A stretch of 27,272 bases of DNA, from assembly GCA_049515535.1 (NCBI GenBank), contig JBEKTZ010000003.1:310001-337272 (forward strand), read 5' to 3'. The notes beneath the pieces are model-generated. The model was not told the DNA's origin. It saw only the letters and a list, made by a program, of their open reading frames with translations, and did no database searches. Below, piece after piece: positions 17,780 to 27,272 of this stretch. Position numbers and translations under genes: made by a program. Source of the stretch: Candidatus Aminicenantales bacterium (GTDB taxonomy: Bacteria > Acidobacteriota > Aminicenantia > Aminicenantales > UBA4085). Positions within the stretch are counted from its first letter, which is position 1. Each line of letters starts with the position of its first letter.

Positions 17780-18505
17780 TTAATGCCGTTCGGCCAGGGC
17801 CATATTTTTCAGGAAAGCCACGAGGCGACGAGTCTTGTCCGGCTCCGACTGAAGGCCGATGCCGATGTCGAGGAGATGCGAATCCTTGCCGTAGCCGGCG
17901 ACGAAAGACCGGACGCCTTCCAAGAGGGGCTGGGCCGCCCCGGCGTTGACTTTCCGCCGCAGCGTGGAATTCGCGGCGTCAAGGAAATAGGAGACTTTTT
18001 GGATGAGGATGACCGCGCTCTCACCCTTTATATAATTGAACGCCAGCGGCGCCGTCAGGGTCAGGCCGTGTTCGTCGGCGGATGCGACGCTCAGGAGTTC
18101 ACCTTTGTTGATGTCGAAGATACAGGCGGCTTTGCCCGGGCCGAAATCTTCCCCGTCGTCGAGATTGATGGTCGTTTGACCGACTTGAGCGTTCGTCAGG
18201 AGAGCGCTCGTCTTGGCCAGGCTCATCAGGGCCAATGTCCCGTCGGTCCAATCAATTCCCTGGACGAGACCAAAGCCGATCGGCTCGAGCAGTCCCTGTC
18301 CTGATTGAAAGGCGTCCGTTTTCATCTTTTCGAGCGCCGCCATGGCGCTTTCTTGGTTCGTCTGCGCGCTTTGCAGTTTGAAGAACGCCGTTCGCGTCGC
18401 GGCGAAGAATTCAAGGCTTGCCAGCAGGATCAGCAGGAAGAGGGCCATGGCCAGCAGGCTCTCGATTAAGGAAAATCCCTGCCGCCGCGTTGCTTGCGTG
18501 TTCAT
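17780..18505 (-). CDS. Prepilin, PilW/GspJ-like
   Basis: True start ATG 18505: MNTQATRRQG|FSLIES; C-terminal VSYFLD....TLRR......QPLLEGV is PilW-like. Confidence 0.75.
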   Translation of the reverse strand: MNTQATRRQGFSLIESLLAMALFLLILLASLEFFAATRTAFFKLQSAQTNQESAMAALEKMKTDAFQSGQGLLEPIGFGLVQGIDWTDGTLALMSLAKTSALLTNAQVGQTTINLDDGEDFGPGKAACIFDINKGELLSVASADEHGLTLTAPLAFNYIKGESAVILIQKVSYFLDAANSTLRRKVNAGAAQPLLEGVRSFVAGYGKDSHLLDIGIGLQSEPDKTRRLVAFLKNMALAERH

Positions 18506-18507
18506 AA

Positions 18508-18885
18508 TCAAAATCCGAGATATTTCGAAAAGAGAAGGACGGCCCGCAGCACATGCTCCGGCATATTTTCCGGATAAATTTGAAGGTCGATTTTTTTCAT
18601 GTCGGGCAAGAGCAGATCGATCCGCCATTCCGCGCGCGTCGTCTCCGGCGACGGGCTCTCGATTTCCCCCTCGTAGAAACCCGCCGCGAGGTCCCCGCTT
18701 TCGAAAGGCAGCGGCTTGAGACTTTCGAGCCTCGAAACGGCGGCCTCGGCCAGCGCCAGCCGATCGTCGACGTTTTTTTTCGCTTGGATCGAGCGGAGAA
18801 CGAGCGCGCCCGTTCCCATGAGAAAGAAGAAAACGAGGACCAGGGAGACCATGACCTCGATCAAGCTGAATCCGCGGCGTTCCAT
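18508..18885 (-). CDS. Prepilin, PilV/GspI-like
   Basis: MERRG|FSLIEVMV class III signal; 125 aa; GAGGTG/AAGG RBS-like sequence upstream. Confidence 0.8.
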   Translation of the reverse strand: MERRGFSLIEVMVSLVLVFFFLMGTGALVLRSIQAKKNVDDRLALAEAAVSRLESLKPLPFESGDLAAGFYEGEIESPSPETTRAEWRIDLLLPDMKKIDLQIYPENMPEHVLRAVLLFSKYLGF

Positions 18886-18981
18886 CCTTCACCTCTTTCC
18901 CGTTTCCCGCGCCCAGAGGAGAATTTCTTCCGGCGAGGAAAGGTCCTATTCTCGTTCAGGGAACCGACGATATGCTCCTCG

Positions 18982-18997
18982 TGCGCAACTCGTGCCA
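18982..18997 (-). promoter_or_regulatory. Putative sigma54 (-24/-12) promoter of the pilin operon
   Basis: Minus strand TGGCACGAGTTGCGCA: TGGCACG plus GG-N10-GC spacing; the TT before the -12 GC is not conserved. Confidence 0.55.
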
Positions 18998-19159
18998 ATC
19001 GCCGCGTTCGCGTCATCCAGGGAAACGCGGAGCGCGCCGCGTCCGGACCGTCGACTTTTGTTTAGGAAATCGAACGGTCGCGTCAACGATCGTAAACGCC
19101 CCTTTCTATATGGTTGAAAAAAAAGCAAATAAAAATCTGAAAAAATTTTTATTTCCCGC

Positions 19160-19188
19160 TTGACAAGAAAGTGAGGAATCCTTATTAT
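19160..19188 (+). promoter_or_regulatory. rRNA operon sigma70 promoter with UP-element-like A/T tracts
   Basis: TTGACA 19160-19165, 17 nt, TATTAT 19183-19188; A/T tracts at ~19117-19154. Confidence 0.8.
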
Positions 19189-19280
19189 ATTACAGCCGTC
19201 TCTTCTGACAGCCGAAAGGCTGAAATCAAAGAGAAATTCATTTGAAGGGATGGTTTTTCTCTCTCGGGCAGAGAGAAACA

Positions 19281-19291
19281 GATCTTTGAAA
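19281..19291 (+). promoter_or_regulatory. boxA antitermination element (leader)
   Basis: GATCTTTGAAA upstream of 16S, preceded by a boxB-like hairpin (TTTCTCTCT..AGAGAGAAA). Confidence 0.65.
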
Positions 19292-19364
19292 TAAAAAGCG
19301 GAGCGACATTGATTGATCCAATATGCCAATTCAAACTTCGTTAAGTACCCGCAAGGGTGCTTAT

Positions 19365-20896
<1,532 letters not shown>

Positions 20897-21009
20897 CAAA
20901 GGAGCATTTTGGTGACGTCGTGTCGCTTCCGCTTTTTTTTATATTCGCCGGGTTAGAGTGGGCTGAGGTGCGTAGGCACGAGCTCTGACCAAGGAATAAA
21001 CGCTACGTT

Positions 21010-21086
<77 letters not shown>

Positions 21087-21130
21087 TCCAGATTTTAGGA
21101 AGGGAATTTTACGCTGAAACGAATTGAACT

Positions 21131-21206
21131 GGGGCTGTAGCTCAATTGGGAGAGCGCCGGTTTTGCACGCCGGAGGTCGCCGGTTCGATTCCGGTCAGCT
21201 CCACCA
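21131..21206 (+). tRNA. tRNA-Ala (TGC)
   Basis: GGGGCTG..CAGCTCC acceptor stem with G3:U70, anticodon loop TTTGCAC, encoded CCA. Confidence 0.97.
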
Positions 21207-21275
21207 ATCTTTTCCCGGCGGATCCAAAATAGAACATTTCCCCCAAGTTTTGGGGGAAGGGATAAATGGACTTTC

Positions 21276-21287
21276 GTTCTTTGACAA
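21276..21287 (+). promoter_or_regulatory. boxA in the 16S-23S spacer
   Basis: GTTCTTTGACAA preceded by hairpin TTCCCCCAA..TTGGGGGAA. Confidence 0.65.
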
Positions 21288-21324
21288 TCGATTAGCGGCA
21301 TTTTTTGTCTTGACTAAACTTTAT

Positions 21325-24330
<3,006 letters not shown>

Positions 24331-24387
24331 AAGGTTTTTTCAGGCAAAAAATGCTATCATCGATTTGGATTTGGTATTGTATTTAAA

Positions 24388-24505
24388 TCCCGGCGACCAT
24401 GACGAAGGGGAAACGCCCGTTCCCATTCCGAACACGGAAGCTAAGCCCTTAGGTGCCGATGGTACTGCCAGGGGTGCCTGGTGGGAGAGTAGGATATTGC
24501 CGGGT
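24388..24505 (+). rRNA. rrf: 5S ribosomal RNA
   Basis: CCCGGCG..TGCCGGG terminal helix, CCCATTCCGAACAC loop C, GCCGATGGTAC, GAGAGTAGG; followed by a T-tract. Confidence 0.96.
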
Positions 24506-24734
24506 TTTTTTATTTTCAGGCGCAATGGCGCGGTACGTATCCCGGGACTATTGGTTTTCCCGGGGGATGCGGTTCGCATCTAGGATTTTTTTTCTTTGCT
24601 CGAGACGGATAAAGGACAAAGGGGCACAGGCCCCGACTGTTGGCGGCATACTCCTCTCCTTTATTTCGATCGATATCTTTTTAACGGACCGTTCCGGAGG
24701 CTTCCGGACGGATCCATCGTCAAAGGAGACGAGT

Positions 24735-25022
24735 TTGAACATTTATGTTGGCAACCTTTCTTTCAACGTGACGGAATCCGACCTCCGGGAGGCCTTCCAG
24801 GCCTTCGGAACGGTCGAGAAATCCGCGGTGATCAGTGACAAGACGACGGGCCAGTCGAGAGGCTTCGGCTTCGTCGAAATGCCGAACAAGGACGAGGCGA
24901 CGAAGGCCATCGGCGCTCTGAACGGCCGCGAACTCAAGGGCCGGGCCCTGAAGGTCAACGAAGCTCAAGCCCGCACGGATCGGCCGCGGACAGGCGGATT
25001 CGGCGGCGGCCGTCGCTTCTGA
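24735..25022 (+). CDS. RRM (RNP-1) RNA-binding protein, cold-inducible Rbp-like
   Basis: TTG start after AAGGAG; RNP2 IYVGNL, RNP1 RGFGFVEM, Gly/Arg-rich tail. Confidence 0.93.
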   Translation: MNIYVGNLSFNVTESDLREAFQAFGTVEKSAVISDKTTGQSRGFGFVEMPNKDEATKAIGALNGRELKGRALKVNEAQARTDRPRTGGFGGGRRF

Positions 25023-25076
25023 TCGGGTTTTAGCGCCCCGGATCGCGTCGATCCGGAAAATTCTCTGAAACATCGA

Positions 25077-25109
25077 GGGGATGGTTCCCCGTGAACCATC
25101 CCCTTTTTT
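25077..25109 (+). terminator. Intrinsic terminator after the RRM gene
   Basis: GGGGATGGTTC-cccgt-GAACCATCCCC followed by TTTTTT. Confidence 0.85.
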
Positions 25110-25167
25110 GTTTTTTTGGGGGAATTTCCTGTCGAATTGCGTAGCGGCGAAATTTCTCCATGCGGCT

Positions 25168-26073
25168 TCAGCCAAAGGCTTTTTCCATTGCTGCGCGGAT
25201 GGAGTCTTCCTTCAGCGAAATATAACGATTAATCGAAGAAAGGCTTTTATGCCCCATTGCATTTGAAACCAGAACCGCGTCTTTTGTGGCGCGATAAAGA
25301 CGAGTGGCGAAGCCGGCGCGGAAAGAATGCAGCGTAAGCTTCGGCCGCAAGCCGGCAGCCTTTTTCCAGCGTTCGAAACGCAGGTGCACCTCCCGCGCGC
25401 TCAGGGGGCGGGAAAAGTTCCGCCCAGGAAAGAGAAACGGGGAGCGGGAGTGTTCTTTCCGAGCAGCACGTTGGATAAGGTATTCTGCGAGTATCAACTT
25501 CAGTTTGCTTGGAATGGCCCGGTACTCGCCGCCGGTCGTCTTGGTTTTGGAATACCAGACTCGTTTTTCGCTGAGATCAAGATCGTCGATCCGCAAAGCT
25601 AATGCCTCGTTCCGGCGCACCCCGGAGAAGGCATAAAAAGCGAAAAGCGCCTCATCGCGTCGCGCAAGGAAGGAGTATTCTCGCCGGATAGCATCGAACA
25701 ATAGCGATAGCTCGTTCTCTGAAATCGGCGGCGTTGGCAGGTTGACCACTTTAGCGAGCCGGAGATCGGCCGCCGGGTTTCTCGGGACCCTTCCGGTCTC
25801 CACCGCCCAGGAGAAGAAGGTTCTTACTACGCTACGGATCTGATTCATCGAAACGCCGGAGCGCGGCATCTCGCGAGGATAGCCTTCCTCAAGTTGAATC
25901 AATGCCTGGGTGAGAGTGTTGCCGGTCACCTTGTGGAGGAGAAGGTCTCCGATTAATTCCTCGAGCAGCTCGAGTTTCTTGGAGTAGCTCTCCAATGTTG
26001 AACCCGCCCTCCCCGATCCCTTCAAGCTACGGATGAAGTCTCGGGAAGCGGCAGCTAATTTCCGGTGATTCAT
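25168..26073 (-). CDS. Tyrosine recombinase/integrase (XerC/D-sized, ~301 aa from ATG 26073)
   Basis: Core-binding N-domain (STLESY); catalytic R (SGVRRNE), K (SKTK), HxxR (LHSFR), H (MGH) and Y (NRY). The start is uncertain because the frame is open to 26295. Confidence 0.9.
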   Translation of the reverse strand: MNHRKLAAASRDFIRSLKGSGRAGSTLESYSKKLELLEELIGDLLLHKVTGNTLTQALIQLEEGYPREMPRSGVSMNQIRSVVRTFFSWAVETGRVPRNPAADLRLAKVVNLPTPPISENELSLLFDAIRREYSFLARRDEALFAFYAFSGVRRNEALALRIDDLDLSEKRVWYSKTKTTGGEYRAIPSKLKLILAEYLIQRAARKEHSRSPFLFPGRNFSRPLSAREVHLRFERWKKAAGLRPKLTLHSFRAGFATRLYRATKDAVLVSNAMGHKSLSSINRYISLKEDSIRAAMEKAFG

Positions 26074-26241
26074 CCCACTTTCATGGGCGTGATCCTTATT
26101 CGGCTCTGGGGAAAAATTCGATTTGAGCCTCAATGGTTTCCCATCTGAGGCAAACTTTGAGGAGACCATGAAGAATTTCCTTTCATCTTTTTCATTAAGG
26201 GAGATCGCGAAAATCTTTTTCAGGCCGTAAAAAGGCCTCTG

Positions 26242-26445
26242 TTTGCGACTTTTTTCCGGGCTTTTGGCATTTTCGACGATTTGTAAAGTCGGCAAAGGAC
26301 CTGCGGGAGCCCTTTTCCGAGGGTATTTTCGACATCTTCGCTTTCCGACATTTTCCCGTTGTCGGAAAGTCGTTGATATTCTTGTTCTTAAGCCGATGTC
26401 GCAAGCGCCCGCCAGTCTCTCGTCGCAAATCGATTATCGAAAAAA
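26242..26445. repeat. Cluster of TTTNCGAC(A)-like motifs in both orientations, including a perfect inverted repeat at 26341-26369
   Basis: Copies at 26242, 26270, 26326 and 26342; inverted copies at 26288, 26360, 26396 and 26422; CTTTCCGACA-N9-TGTCGGAAAG. Confidence 0.6.
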
Positions 26446-26532
26446 ACGAGATGCTACATAAGTTGTTATTTCTTTAGCGTTGTAATGATAGATCAAATTG
26501 AAGCGACTAGGAGATCCTCATTGATTCGAGGT

Positions 26533-26568
26533 ATATCCTAGTCTTTATTTTCTGGGAAGTCTAGGAAT
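26533..26568. repeat. 36-bp direct repeat copy 1, putative recombination site
   Basis: ATATCCTAGTCTTTATTTTCTGGGAAGTCTAGGAAT, identical to 27110-27145; inverted arms TCCTAGTCTT / AAGTCTAGGA. Confidence 0.95.
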
Positions 26569-26570
26569 TT

Positions 26571-26594
26571 AGGGGTTATGTTTTTATAACCCCT
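26571..26594 (-). terminator. Hairpin immediately after the cassette gene stop (terminator-like, no clear U-tract)
   Basis: AGGGGTTAT-gttttt-ATAACCCCT between the stop codon at 26596 and repeat copy 1. Confidence 0.5.
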
Positions 26595-26595
26595 C

Positions 26596-27102
26596 TTAAT
26601 AATCAACAAAAGTTCCGTCCTTCTGTAACATGAGCCGAGACATAGTGGAAGCGCTAGTTGCGATTGCAAATCCCTGCATTGTGTTGACCATAATATTGGT
26701 CAATTCTTTGGTAAATCCTGTTTCTACCACAGTTATTACAAATTTGCAACCCACAAGTTCAGTTCCCCTATCTACGCCATCATATCGAGCTCGATCGTCT
26801 GCCAAAATACAATAGGTCCCCGCAGCATATTTTTTACTGAATCTACTCTCAAAATTGTAGTTGTCGATCCTTGTGAAATCGTATACAAAATCACGATTTC
26901 CGCCACCATATAAATCAAAAAACACGGTTGGGGTATTAGGCAGGTTATTCACATTCTTTACTTCAACTCTCGTGTACGTAAATTTCAAGGTGTAATAACT
27001 GGCTGGTTCGGGCGGTTGGGGCGTTGTGGGGGCTTTGTCGCAGACAGCAATCATCAGCACGGCTAAAATCATCAAAATTAAGACAAACAGTTTCTTTCTC
27101 AT
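26596..27102 (-). CDS. Hypothetical exported protein, probable lipoprotein (cassette cargo)
   Basis: MRKK plus hydrophobic core plus IAVC (atypical lipobox), Pro/Thr linker and a beta-rich domain; markedly AT-richer than the core genes. Confidence 0.75.
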   Translation of the reverse strand: MRKKLFVLILMILAVLMIAVCDKAPTTPQPPEPASYYTLKFTYTRVEVKNVNNLPNTPTVFFDLYGGGNRDFVYDFTRIDNYNFESRFSKKYAAGTYCILADDRARYDGVDRGTELVGCKFVITVVETGFTKELTNIMVNTMQGFAIATSASTMSRLMLQKDGTFVDY

Positions 27103-27109
27103 TCTATTA

Positions 27110-27145
27110 ATATCCTAGTCTTTATTTTCTGGGAAGTCTAGGAAT
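27110..27145. repeat. 36-bp direct repeat copy 2, putative recombination site
   Basis: Identical to 26533-26568; flanks diverge immediately on both sides. Confidence 0.95.
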
Positions 27146-27272
27146 CAAATTCAAGATAATTGGTGAAGAACGTCGCGTTCGCACCCCCGAGGTCAAAGAC
27201 AACCAAATTATTGACTCCGTCGATGACGTCGACATAGAGCTTGTGCGCAGTTCCGGCAGCGCTGGCTGCGGG
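27138..27272 (-). CDS. C-terminus of a hypothetical protein (next putative cassette; 5' truncated by window)
   Basis: Open frame from the window edge: PAASAAGTAHKLYVDVIDGVNNLVVFDLGGANATFFTNYLEFDS*. The TAG stop at 27140-27138 lies inside repeat copy 2. Not in the supplied ORF track. Confidence 0.55.
   Translation of the reverse strand, partial: PAASAAGTAHKLYVDVIDGVNNLVVFDLGGANATFFTNYLEFDS

Noticed and set aside
18506..18892. N-terminal extension of the 370-aa ORF 17780..18892
   Set aside because: It overlaps the PilV-like gene; the prepilin signal shows the real start at 18505.
24579..24586. TCTAGGAT as a third copy of the recombination site
   Set aside because: Only a 7-bp half-arm match with no partner arm or core; compatible with chance.
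24453..24734. N-terminal extension of the RRM ORF
   Set aside because: It starts inside the 5S rRNA; the RBS and RNP2 motif place the start at TTG 24735.
26399..26416. sigma54 promoter for the recombinase (minus strand TGGCGGGCGCTTGC)
   Set aside because: The GG-to-GC spacing is one base short of the required N10.
26533..27145. CRISPR array (36-bp partly palindromic repeat)
   Set aside because: Only two copies, separated by 541 bp containing a whole gene; no cas genes in the window.
25168..27272. Classical integron (intI/attC) or chromosomal dif/pdif site
   Set aside because: No attC core/inverse-core ends, no apparent IntI insertion, wrong orientation relative to the cassettes, and no resemblance to the XerD arm TTATGTTAAAT.

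Overview
GC-rich bacterial chromosomal window. The 16S signatures suggest Acidobacteriota, possibly Aminicenantia/OP8; this is not verified. In order it contains: the end of a MacB/FtsX-type ABC exporter operon with BtaA-like (DUF3419) and GNAT genes; GT9 and LysE genes; a PepSY-like repeat protein, a DUF5916 outer-membrane protein and an OmpR-family two-component system, whose three upstream regions share a TGAAC-N6-TGAAY box; a secreted SurE C-terminal-only protein beside three DnaA boxes; an S9 peptidase; an amidohydrolase; a four-gene minor pilin operon with a sigma54-like promoter; a complete rRNA operon (16S, tRNA-Ile, tRNA-Ala, 23S, 5S); and an RRM protein. The most striking part is the right end. 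A XerC/D-sized tyrosine recombinase that is not an integron integrase lies next to AT-rich DNA in which a perfect 36-bp dyad-symmetric direct repeat (26533-26568 and 27110-27145) exactly brackets a single gene. The next gene's stop codon lies inside the second repeat. This looks like an integron-like gene-cassette array using non-attC, lox/dif-style sites, and it runs off the window edge.
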